DNA from: Okamejei kenojei
Lineage: Eukaryota
DNA length: 64,000 nt
Assembly (NCBI GenBank): GCA_035221665.1
Contig: CM069148.1
Coordinates: 45,880,001 to 45,944,000, forward strand
Direction: 5' to 3'
Shown here one piece after another: positions 57,701-63,800 of this stretch (within the stretch, counting starts at the first letter, position 1; each line of letters opens with the position of its first letter). A program made the translations under genes and the position numbers. The notes below the pieces were generated by a model. That model was not told the DNA's origin. It saw nothing but the letters and a program-made list of their open reading frames with translations, and did no database searches.

Positions 57701-59617
57701 CCTCTCAAATCCAATCCACCAGTCGTAGTGTTATACAGCATTTTAACTCATCCAAGCTAACCAAATTACCTAATAGAATTTCCCATTTTCTTGTGTTTGG
57801 CCCATAATCATTTGAACCTTAGTACACAGAATAAAGTTACACAGCCCTGATTTACCGGCAGACATCACCATTGCCTGATGTGGAGGCAAAGTAAAGAAAA
57901 TCAGGGTTTGCGAACCTGCATGTTATATAATCATAAAATATCTTAATCTCTGCTGATGACGCTGGTTCATGCGTTTCACTTAGTAAGTAAGTTTGTAATA
58001 TGAGAATATTATTTTGCAGAATGCATCAAAGATCAGGACGTTCTGAACCACATCTGTGCAAGCACCAGGTTCTAGTTGTGAAGCATAACATTTTGGCAAA
58101 GCTGGTTGCTGCTGACAGGCAGTGTCAAAGGGAATTCTAGAGTGAATGTGAAAGCACAATACAGGAATCAGCAGAAGATTACTTGACAACTGCATCACGG
58201 ATACTCATTTGCATGATTCATTTTTGCGAGGAGATGGCAATGTCTCCTGAAGGTGCGTGATCAGGCGTGTACAATTAACCTTGGAAATGGGTGAACATAC
58301 GTTTTCCCAATGAAAAGCAAGGGTGTGATTGTTTGCCATCCGTTGCCAATCAATGCTGCTGCCATTTTCAGCTTTGGGATTATGGATTTATTTGTCTTTT
58401 CAATGTGAATGGAAGAGCTATGTGATAATTGACACACTTACCAGGTAACATTATTCGCCCGTCATTCTCACAGGTACATGTAGTAGTTCCTCTTGACGTT
58501 GGTGTTACTGTCACTGTTGTAGCTGATGTTGTAGTTTCTGCTGGTGTGGTTGTACTTTCACATTTTCCTGAGTACTTTATAACTTTACAATCTTCAGTAC
58601 ACAGAATGAAGTTACAGAGGCCTGATTTATCTGTAGACGTCACAGTTGCCTGACCTGGAAGCAAAGAAAAGAAAATCAGGTTGTAATTTCAAAGTGTTTG
58701 CATCAAGAATCAAGAAATGATGAACATCATTTGATCAAACACAGTGCGTGACTTCATATCGTAGCTTGTGGCTGGCAGGCCTTGTAAAAGGGAATTGTGG
58801 GGAGAATATAATATAGAAATAAGCAGAAGAGTGAGTGGCAATTGCAGTAAGGTTGTTCAGTTGCGTAGTTCATTTTTGGGCAGAAATAACTTTTTTCACG
58901 GGAGGCATGATCTGGCCCATAACAGAAACCATGGGCGGACCACAACATTTCCAGTATGAAAGTGTAGGTCCACATTGTGAGCAAACCTCTCTGATCAATG
59001 CTGCTGTCACACACAATGTAGGGGTGTTGAACATTATCATAACATGATGTTGCATTTAAGGAGCATTTGAATTAATTACATCCTGTAGCTCTATGGTTGC
59101 AAGGAAGAAGTCTCCGGTGATTTTAAACTATTAAGAACTTCAACCACATTAACTCAAATGGAAAAAAACTAAGAAAGCAAAAAGATTCTATAATTTATGT
59201 TGACATGTTTAGAACTGTGCATCAACTTCATAATTGGATGCATTTCTTGCTATCATCTGCACTTGGCAAGAGACAGATGTAGGTTCCATAGATGCTGCCT
59301 CACCCGCTGTGTTTCACCAGCATTTTTGACTACCCAAGAGACAGCTGTAAAGCTCTTTCTTTGAAATGTGAACAGAAGAGCACTTTGATTACTGACACAC
59401 TTACCTGGTGACATTATATGTCCGTCAACATCACATGAACAGATTGTAGTTCCTTTTGACGTTGGTGTTACTGTCACTGTTGTAGCTGTTGTTGTGGTTT
59501 CTGCTGGTGTGGTTGTACTTTCACATCTTCCTGTGTACTTCAGAACTTCACAATCCTCAGTACACAGAGTAAAGTTACAGAGGCCTGATTTACCTGCAGA
59601 AGTCACAGTTGCCTGAC
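538..59617 (-). CDS. Gel-forming mucin (MUC5AC/MUC5B/MUC2-like), 5'-partial multi-exon gene, about 2900 aa visible
   Basis: 47 intact exons traced by hand with GT/AG boundaries and compatible phases. Domain order: repeated Cys/PTS modules, VWD (CMGWGGSHYITFDG...EGQCGTCNNNKTDDC), C8, TIL, VWC-like modules, CTCK, then TAG at 538-540. Confidence 0.93.
1210..1496. mobile_element. hAT-superfamily MITE
   Basis: TIRs cagggccggcctta.../...taaggctggccctg and an exact 8-bp TSD gaaatagg at 1202-1209 and 1497-1504. Confidence 0.85.
1880..2525 (+). mobile_element. CR1-type LINE, decayed 3' fragment
   Basis: Typical CR1 ORF2 C-terminal remnants (gtacagagggatcttggggtcc; ggagagggtgcagaggaggttt; SYEKRLDRRGLFSLECRKFRENLIEMYKIMR); boundaries approximate. 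Confidence 0.75.
2547..2664 (-). CDS. Mucin exon, N-terminal half of cystine knot
   Basis: 118 nt, cag/gtacgt; IPKTCSIKKIVTHINHKGCRSQHEVPMTSCGGRCMTSS; phase matches both neighbours. Confidence 0.9.
3202..3241 (-). CDS. Mucin exon (end of VWC module)
   Basis: 40 nt, cag/gtaagt; GTIHLDKDGCCQTC. Confidence 0.88.
3333..3461 (-). CDS. Mucin exon (VWC module)
   Basis: 129 nt, cag/gtaagt; PGEKTSEGKNNCTTYECEKIGRHFIPNIYNQWCPRFDHDNCEP. Confidence 0.9.
4705..4990 (+). mobile_element. tRNA-derived SINE
   Basis: A/B-box-like head (gcagtagag...ggttcgatc), ggtttcctcccacactccaaagatgtac core, (tctaaag)n tail. Confidence 0.75.
5425..5645 (-). mobile_element. tRNA-derived SINE fragment
   Basis: Reverse complement of the same family (tttgggatgtgggaggaaactggagcacccagagaaaaccc). 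Confidence 0.7.
5782..6165 (-). mobile_element. Penelope-like terminal repeat fragment
   Basis: gaaggaactgcagatgct...gacatttcgggtcgagacccttcttcag...gggttgttagctgcccgagcaaaatat; related copies at ~935-1200, 11640-12075, 21055-21320, 21815-21945, 22010-22200, 25330-25620. Confidence 0.55.
6203..6301 (-). CDS. Mucin exon (VWC module)
   Basis: 99 nt, cag/gtatgc; GYEYKKLEGQCCGNCTQVSCIIDLPNRPPIILK. Confidence 0.9.
6383..6505 (-). CDS. Mucin exon (VWC module)
   Basis: 123 nt, cag/gtaacc; PGMTVPQNTCKDCKCTEDVDPLTRLHAIACTPIKCDTQCSQ. Confidence 0.9.
7280..7580 (-). mobile_element. tRNA-derived SINE
   Basis: Reverse-strand copy of the SINE family (ctttggagtgtggaggaaaccagagcacccggagaaaact). Confidence 0.7.
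7983..8023 (-). CDS. Mucin exon
   Basis: 41 nt, cag/gtaagg; PKSVCVFNDTEYK. Confidence 0.87.
8157..8261 (-). CDS. Mucin exon (VWC/B-like module)
   Basis: 105 nt, cag/gtaagt; CNISHCPTVKFDCKPGYTPVLHMKDNKCCLTYTC. Confidence 0.9.
8560..9270 (+). mobile_element. Penelope-like element fragment (decayed GIY-YIG endonuclease)
   Basis: QGPQQSFQMRQRFTCTSSNLIYCI followed out of frame by LYIGETK, then KLEEQHIIFRLGSL-like sequence. Confidence 0.7.
9851..10028 (-). CDS. Mucin exon (VWC-like module)
   Basis: 178 nt, cag/gtaagt; VGETWQSNCQDCSCSKATLSIICKPHKCP...DDLCCTETTC. Confidence 0.9.
10130..10161 (-). CDS. Mucin 32-nt exon
   Basis: tag/gtaggt; CIGPDGKPKQ, matching the mucin C-x-GPDG-x-PK motif. Confidence 0.88.
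10593..10702 (-). CDS. Mucin exon (TIL, second half)
   Basis: 110 nt, tag/gtaagt; SDDKNTPSGKGVLDDGCFCPDGKILFEPGDICTDSC. Confidence 0.9.
10816..10885 (-). CDS. Mucin exon (TIL, first half)
   Basis: 70 nt, cag/gtttgt; YHCPAYMEYKPCASKEQPTCGS. Confidence 0.88.
12091..12272 (-). CDS. Mucin exon (C8 domain)
   Basis: 182 nt, tag/gtaagt; IFSKCNDKVPPGPFYEACVNDACHV...CVDWRNHTDGIC. Confidence 0.92.
13037..13283 (-). CDS. Mucin exon (end of VWD4 plus short PTS insert)
   Basis: 247 nt, cag/gtaagt; TCNNNKTDDCTLPD...HCDAGTTTPGP...PTTPCAASNICKIILG. Confidence 0.92.
13950..14133 (-). CDS. Mucin exon (VWD4)
   Basis: 184 nt, cag/gtatgt; ALVNDEAIIQPYSHDGIRI...LPNKIFEKNVEGQC. Confidence 0.92.
14791..14963. 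other. Assembly gap (173 N)
   Basis: Run of N inside an intron. The flanking VWD4 exons join in phase, so no exon need be missing. Confidence 0.99.
14964..15431. mobile_element. Probable non-autonomous Helitron/Helentron-like element end
   Basis: Short hairpin ggacccaatggatcc followed by acttggtCTAGt and T-rich flank; internal 54-bp inverted repeat. Confidence 0.4.
16311..16555 (-). CDS. Mucin exon (start of VWD4)
   Basis: 245 nt, cag/gtaagt; SCMGWGGSHYITFDGTEYTFKGKCTYIVVKQI... Confidence 0.93.
18171..18345 (-). CDS. Mucin exon (pre-D4 Cys-rich segment)
   Basis: 175 nt, tag/gtgagt; MNETWKLDNCTKATCKGND...DSNCCYQQECG. Confidence 0.92.
19660..19868 (+). mobile_element. tRNA-derived SINE (internally deleted)
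   Basis: ggtggtgcagcggtaga...ccctggttcgaacc head and (aaacta)n tail. Confidence 0.75.
20051..20235 (-). CDS. Mucin exon (last six-Cys module, phase 1-0)
   Basis: 185 nt, cag/gtgagt; EEIYFTSDKAGWCYIGLCTSKCDIVKHTIPC...GGCPDLHPPRA. Confidence 0.92.
20630..20905 (+). mobile_element. tRNA-derived SINE
   Basis: gtagagttgctgccttacagcgc...ccctggttcgatccc...cttcctcccacactccaaagacgtac...gggcctgtttcc. Confidence 0.75.
22205..22560 (+). mobile_element. CR1-type LINE fragment
   Basis: cactatagaaaggatgtggttgcgctggagagaatgcagaggggattcaccagg, a typical CR1 ORF2 remnant. Confidence 0.65.
22807..22944 (+). mobile_element. Short retroposon with (GAA)n tail and 13-bp TSD
   Basis: atacaagaagaag duplicated at 22794-22806 and 22945-22957; element ends ggcagaagaagaag. 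Confidence 0.65.
23506..23807. mobile_element. MITE with long TIRs (PIF/Harbinger-like termini)
   Basis: ggccctgtcccacaatgcgagttcacccaagag... and ...ctcttgggtaaactcgcatcgtgggacaggcc are inverted repeats, with internal A-run/T-run symmetry. Confidence 0.75.
23815..24178 (+). mobile_element. Rex1/Babar-type LINE 3' end
   Basis: cccctctcccatcgggcaaaaggtatagaagt...ttcagggacagtttctttccagctgctatcaggcaactgaa; (actga)n tail. Confidence 0.7.
24685..24903 (-). CDS. Mucin diverged repeat exon (219 nt, phase 1-1)
   Basis: cag/gtcagt; QSTVISEDKSGLCNYTLCTEGCKILTYTRKC...TPCVCKVNGKVISA. Confidence 0.88.
25735..26392 (+). mobile_element. Rex1/Babar-type LINE fragment
   Basis: FKFL...NNLSWTNHIDAIAKK and RLQRIVDVGQTII remnants; (aatcta)n tail. 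Confidence 0.65.
27095..28228 (+). mobile_element. Non-LTR retrotransposon RT fragment (RTE-X-like, clade uncertain), 5'-truncated and decayed
   Basis: NGVRQGGILAPVRFNLYIDDL and NHIMYADDLVVFSPS RT motifs with stops and frameshifts; AT-rich (attaa)n tail next to the donor of the 28240 exon. Confidence 0.8.
28240..28451 (-). pseudogene. Frameshifted repeat exon (212 nt), pseudo-exon or consensus error
   Basis: Splice sites intact, but there is a 1-nt deletion near 28366 (tcttccgtgt versus tcttcctgtgt) and a premature stop at 28309-28311. Confidence 0.75.
29397..29609 (-). CDS. Mucin repeat exon type A
   Basis: 213 nt, cag/gtaagt, open frame, 6 Cys. Confidence 0.82.
29682..30217 (+). mobile_element. 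Rex1/Babar-type LINE 3' fragment
   Basis: LTTFYRGTIESILTSCISVWFG...QRVVRTAEKI...LPSGKRYRSIRSRTSRFCNSFFPRAIRLLN; 3' stem-loop at 30147-30186; (gactt)n tail. Confidence 0.85.
30894..31106 (-). CDS. Mucin repeat exon type A
   Basis: 213 nt, AG/GT, open frame. Confidence 0.85.
32119..32331 (-). CDS. Mucin repeat exon type B
   Basis: 213 nt, AG/GT, open frame. Confidence 0.85.
33080..33292 (-). CDS. Mucin repeat exon type A
   Basis: 213 nt, AG/GT, open frame. Confidence 0.85.
34333..34545 (-). CDS. Mucin repeat exon type B
   Basis: 213 nt, AG/GT, open frame. Confidence 0.85.
35203..35415 (-). CDS. Mucin repeat exon type A
   Basis: 213 nt, AG/GT, open frame. Confidence 0.85.
36449..36661 (-). 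CDS. Mucin repeat exon type B
   Basis: 213 nt, AG/GT, open frame. Confidence 0.85.
37411..37623 (-). CDS. Mucin repeat exon type A
   Basis: 213 nt, AG/GT, open frame. Confidence 0.85.
38661..38873 (-). CDS. Mucin repeat exon type B
   Basis: 213 nt, AG/GT, open frame. Confidence 0.85.
39623..39835 (-). CDS. Mucin repeat exon type A
   Basis: 213 nt, AG/GT, open frame. Confidence 0.85.
40863..41075 (-). CDS. Mucin repeat exon type B
   Basis: 213 nt, AG/GT, open frame. Confidence 0.85.
41762..41974 (-). CDS. Mucin repeat exon type A
   Basis: 213 nt, AG/GT, open frame. Confidence 0.85.
43012..43224 (-). CDS. Mucin repeat exon type B
   Basis: 213 nt, AG/GT, open frame. Confidence 0.85.
43971..44183 (-). 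CDS. Mucin repeat exon type A
   Basis: 213 nt, AG/GT, open frame. Confidence 0.85.
45211..45423 (-). CDS. Mucin repeat exon type B
   Basis: 213 nt, AG/GT, open frame. Confidence 0.85.
46158..46370 (-). CDS. Mucin repeat exon type A
   Basis: 213 nt, AG/GT, open frame. Confidence 0.85.
47403..47615 (-). CDS. Mucin repeat exon type B
   Basis: 213 nt, AG/GT, open frame. Confidence 0.85.
48365..48577 (-). CDS. Mucin repeat exon type A
   Basis: 213 nt, AG/GT, open frame. Confidence 0.85.
49610..49822 (-). CDS. Mucin repeat exon type B
   Basis: 213 nt, AG/GT, open frame. Confidence 0.85.
50578..50790 (-). CDS. Mucin repeat exon type A
   Basis: 213 nt, AG/GT, open frame. Confidence 0.85.
51827..52039 (-). 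CDS. Mucin repeat exon type B
   Basis: 213 nt, AG/GT, open frame. Confidence 0.85.
52789..53001 (-). CDS. Mucin repeat exon type A
   Basis: 213 nt, AG/GT, open frame. Confidence 0.85.
54035..54247 (-). CDS. Mucin repeat exon type B
   Basis: 213 nt, AG/GT, open frame. Confidence 0.85.
54981..55193 (-). CDS. Mucin repeat exon type A
   Basis: 213 nt, AG/GT, open frame. Confidence 0.85.
56230..56442 (-). CDS. Mucin repeat exon type B
   Basis: 213 nt, AG/GT, open frame. Confidence 0.85.
57195..57407 (-). CDS. Mucin repeat exon type A
   Basis: 213 nt, AG/GT, open frame. Confidence 0.85.
58442..58654 (-). CDS. Mucin repeat exon type B
   Basis: 213 nt, AG/GT, open frame (STDKSG variant). Confidence 0.85.
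59405..59617 (-). CDS. Mucin repeat exon type A
   Basis: 213 nt, tag/gtaagt, open frame. Confidence 0.85.
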
Positions 59618-60807
59618 CTAGAGGCAAAGAATAAAATATCAGGTTGTGTACACGTAAAGGTGATGTAACTGATGACTATCTTTTTGTATGATGTTGAAGC
59701 TGGTTCATTTCTTTCACTTGGGCAAAATAAGTTTGAAATGTGTGAATATTAAATTTGCCGACTCCTTCAAGGATCAGGATGTTCTGAACCAAATCTGAGC
59801 AAACAGCATTGTCTGCGTTTTTGGAGCAGTTTGGCAGCGGTTCTTCTAGCTCTGTCATTAATGCAAACAAACACAACATTTTTCAACTGGGATGAATGGA
59901 TACAAAAAATGGGAATCAGTTATCCTTGATGGTGTTTGACATTGGTAGCTTTTAGACATCGATGCTTTCAGGGAACTGCTGGACTCATCATTTCCAGACA
60001 TTTCCCAGATATAGCGATGGCTCCTTAAGGACTCATGTGTATCTTCACATCAGTTCTCAAAATTCTCTTTCCAGATTCTTTAAGTTTCACAAGATTCTTT
60101 TGAGATTTGGAACAACCCCAACAGCCACCATGTAGACATACACACACTAGGTGCAGGAACTGCCTCTCAAATTCAATCCACCAGTCGTAGTGTTATACAG
60201 CATTGAAACTCATCCAAGCTAACCAAATTACCTAATAGAATTTCATATTTACTTGTGTTTGGCCCATAATCATTTGAACCTTAGTACACAAAGTTACACA
60301 GCCCTGATTTACCGGCAGACATCACCATTGCCTGACGTGGAGGCAAAGTAAAGAAAATGAGGGTTTGCGAACCTGCATGTTATATAATCATAAAATATCT
60401 TTATCTCTGCTGATGACGCTGGTTCATGCGTTTCACTTAGTAAGTAAGTTTGTAATATGAGAATATTATTTTGCAGAATGCATCAAAGATCAGGACGTTC
60501 TGAACCACATCTGTGCAAGCAACATGGTCTAGTTGTGAAGCATAACATTTTGGCAAAGCTGGTTGCTGCTGACAGGCAGTGTCAAAGGGAATTCTACAGT
60601 GAATGTGAAAGCACAATACAGGAATCAGCAGAAGATTACTTGACAACTGCATCACGGATGCTCATTTGCATGATTCATTTTTGCGAAGGGCTGGAAATAT
60701 CTCCTGAAGGTGCGTGATCAGGCGTGTACAATTAACCTTGGAAATGGGTAAACATACGTTTTCCCAATGAAAAGCAAGGGTGTGAATATTTGCCATCCGT
60801 TGCCAAT

Positions 60808-63800
60808 TTTACTTCGGAGTCACGTGAGTGACTTCGTGAAGACCCCGCCGGCACGCATGCGCGGCATATCGTCGCGCGCACTCGCACCGGCAGGCTGGGG
60901 GGGGGAGTGCGCTCTCTCCTCCGGCTCCTTCACAACACCGGCAGGTAAGTATTACCTATTTTCTTCACAGGGTGGACAAGGGCCGGAGGACGACGCTGTC
61001 GAGGAGCTGAGCTGCGGCCAGCCAACGGCCCTTGTCCCCGGAGCTGCAAGGAACGCCGGCAGCTTCAACGCATGGTGGGGGCAGGAATGCAGAAGTCGGG
61101 CGCTCCCGCTGATTCAGGGGCCGACTCACCCGAATGGGTTACCGCTCCGGAGCTGGATGCATCGGGTCCAGACTCAGAGCCCCCGTCCCCCAAGAGAAGA
61201 AGGGGGGATACAGGTACGTGTCAAGGGGTCTTGTTCTTCACAGGCAACCTCTCCCCGAGCTCCAGAAGACCCGAGGGGGCTGGGCCGGGGGACAGCCACA
61301 TGACAGGGGAGCCCTGAAATGTGCAATACGTACCACAGCCAGGGAATCTGCCGTAGTGCAGCCTGGCAACATCACTGCTGCGTCGAGTAGGCCTGCTGGA
61401 GCAGATACCGCCGACAACACACACCGTCAGGCTGCGGTCAAGGGCGGAGGTGGCAGCAGGAAGCGGTCGGTCAGCTCAGCTCTGTGAGCGGCCGACCTTG
61501 CGCCTCCACGCTAAAAGATGGGCAGGAGTGGAGTTAAGCCTGCACGGACTTCGGGGAGCCAGGTTCCGGGGGCCGGCGCCGATTCAACTCACCTGCCTTA
61601 TCAGACAGGTGGGCCGCCATAGTCTGGGAGAAGACAGACTAGCGGAGAGTCCGTGCGGGAGTCGTATGATCCTACTTGGGCTGTAGGTCACGACGACCTG
61701 CCATTGGACCCTAGACAGCACCCTAAGGGGGTGTGGTCCGATGGTGGAAGCCCCAGTGAGTTCGCAGGGCCTGGGGAAGTCGGCTTGTCCGCTGCGTATA
61801 GCAGGGACGGTCGCATAGAGCGGTTGGAGCTCTTAGTGGTGCAACGCCTCCAGCGGGACCGGGAACGAGAAGAGCGGGACTCGCGGGCATCCACTAGCCG
61901 TGCAAGGACACCACTCAGCACCTCATCGTCTCCAGCCAGAAGCATTAATGATTGCCCAGCTGCTGTGTTTGAAGACGACCCGGGACAGCCAGTGACCGCT
62001 GAGCCAGAGCATGAGGAGGATATGCTGGATGTGGTGAGTGAAGTTTGCCGTTTCCACCCAGACAGGTGAACACTCTGCACCACGAATTGGCGGGCACCAT
62101 TGATTGCCTAATTGCGCACCAACTCAGGAGTCAGGTTCTCAATAATACCTTGGAGAAAGGTTCTCCACGGGCATAACAGCGTTTGCTAGGACCCTGGTCG
62201 GGGATAATGTGTCCAGTAAACAGCAAGATGCACTGGCACTCCTATGCAACGCCCAGTATGAGATAAACTGCCTGCGTAAGAGCTCCATATAGCCCACACT
62301 CAACCCCAAATTCGCGGGGTTGTGCCGACCATTACCGCTCCACCGCCGCATCAGTTGTTTGGAGACCTGTCCAAACAGGTGAAGGGACTGGACAAAGGAG
62401 GCCAAAACAGCGGGCCTCATGAAACTCCATCAGCCAGAGTTCACCCATATCACCGGCAACAGCCTAATACAACCTGTGAACCAAGGCTGCCGGATAGGGC
62501 ACAAAGATCCTACCTACCTCCATCTCAACAAACACAACGACCTTTTAGGGCAAGGCCAACAGCGGCCAGCATGGGAAATGCGGCCGCCGGCCCGTCAACC
62601 TCCATAACGTCCACCCGAAGCACCGTATGTACGGAACTGCCGTTCACTATGGAGGTAAGGGGGTCTGGCTCCTCTCACGCCGTAGTATCCCTCCTGCACG
62701 AATAGGTGGGCGATTGCGGGCGGCCTTGGACATATGGGGAAAACTGTCACCACAGATGAGTTTATTTTACAAAGTGTTCAAGGGTATATAATTTGTTGGA
62801 GGTATAAATTCCCCTACCCAGCATTCGCCTCGTAGGAATTTACTCTATCCCAAAAAGAGGTGGAGGCAGGGCATGCTGAAATTATACGGCGAGCAGAAAA
62901 AGGGGTAATTGGCATAACCAAGCTTGGACCTATTGAGTTTGAGTCTAATATGTTCACCAGCAGTAAAAAATAAGGGGGATGTCGGATTATAATAGATTTA
63001 ACTGAGTTGAACACTTTTGTACAATATACCCATTTCAAAATGGATACTTATGGAACAGTTAGGCAGATGCTTTACCCAGGGTACTTTATGGCATGCATCG
63101 ATTTGAAAGAAGCATGCTATACGGTGCCCATCGCTGAGGCAGGGAATTCTGAAGTTGTCTGGAAGGGTGCATTGCCTAATGGAATCATCACAGCCCTAGG
63201 CTATTTACCAAATTGGTATTTACCTGTATTGGCTCTTCTCTGACATCAAGATTATAGTGATGGCATATTGGATGAAATCCTTGTAGTGGGGCAGACCCTC
63301 CAATTGGCAATTCAAGGAGTGGCTGCAACCAAGGCTCTGCTTGAGAAGCTGGGGTTGTAATCCATCCAGACAAATCAAAACTGCACCCGGTACGGGTTAT
63401 GGATTATTTGGGGTTCACCCTAGACACCAATTTAATGAAGTTTATCATCCCAACTAATAAAGCTACTGCTATAATAGAAGAGTGCCACAATCTTGCTTGC
63501 GCCAGGGTACCGACCATTCGGCAAACAGCAAAAGTTATTGGTATTGGTAACTCTACATTGGTAACTACATTCCCAGCTGCACGATTTGGACCGCTACACT
63601 ACCGAAATTTACAAAGATCAAAAATCACAGCATTAAAAAACAAATGCTGGCCGCTTTGATGGGCCAATTCGGTTACCACCAGAAGCTAGAAATGAGCTAC
63701 AATGGTGGGTAGATAATATTAAAGAATGTCATTGACCTATTATAGTGAGCAACCCTGATGTTGTGCTACTAACTGACGCAAGTGCACCAGGCTGGGGAGC

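Larger units (their letters stand above)
30850..60807. repeat. Tandem array of ~2.2-kb units (about 13.5 copies), each with exon A, exon B and a dead exon remnant
   Basis: Type A exon starts recur every 2123-2214 bp from 31106 to 59617, and introns are near-identical between units. More diverged relatives lie at ~26460-30850. Confidence 0.97.

Noticed and set aside
30881-58653. Plus-strand ORFs MTHLPG...VVVSAGVVVLSH...
   Set aside because: They are antisense shadows of the Thr-rich mucin exons (ACN codons read as Val-rich sequence).
29397-59617. Calling the repeated module CysD
   Set aside because: CysD is about 100 aa with 10 Cys and a WxxW motif; this module is 44 aa with 6 Cys and no Trp.
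30814-59627. Repeat ORFs as independent small Cys-rich genes (MPPGQ.../MLPGQ...)
   Set aside because: The apparent start is a TTG in the polypyrimidine tract, there is no signal peptide, and similarity is bounded by AG/GT sites in phase with the downstream mucin exons.
33871-60655. Recurrent 60-100 aa ORFs (MMQLSSNLL..., MLTMWTYTF..., MQHHVT..., MYVYMVAVG...) suggesting a multigene cluster
   Set aside because: They lie in introns of the repeat unit, recur only because the unit is duplicated, are broken by frameshifts in several copies and show no recognisable domain.
30850-60807. CRISPR array or V(D)J-like segment array
   Set aside because: The units are 2.2 kb and near-identical, with no unique spacers, no cas genes and no heptamer-spacer-nonamer signals seen.
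60767-62705. GC-rich ORFs or CpG island as a host gene or promoter
   Set aside because: They fall within the DIRS element, in the gag-like region upstream of RT, and begin at the insertion junction.
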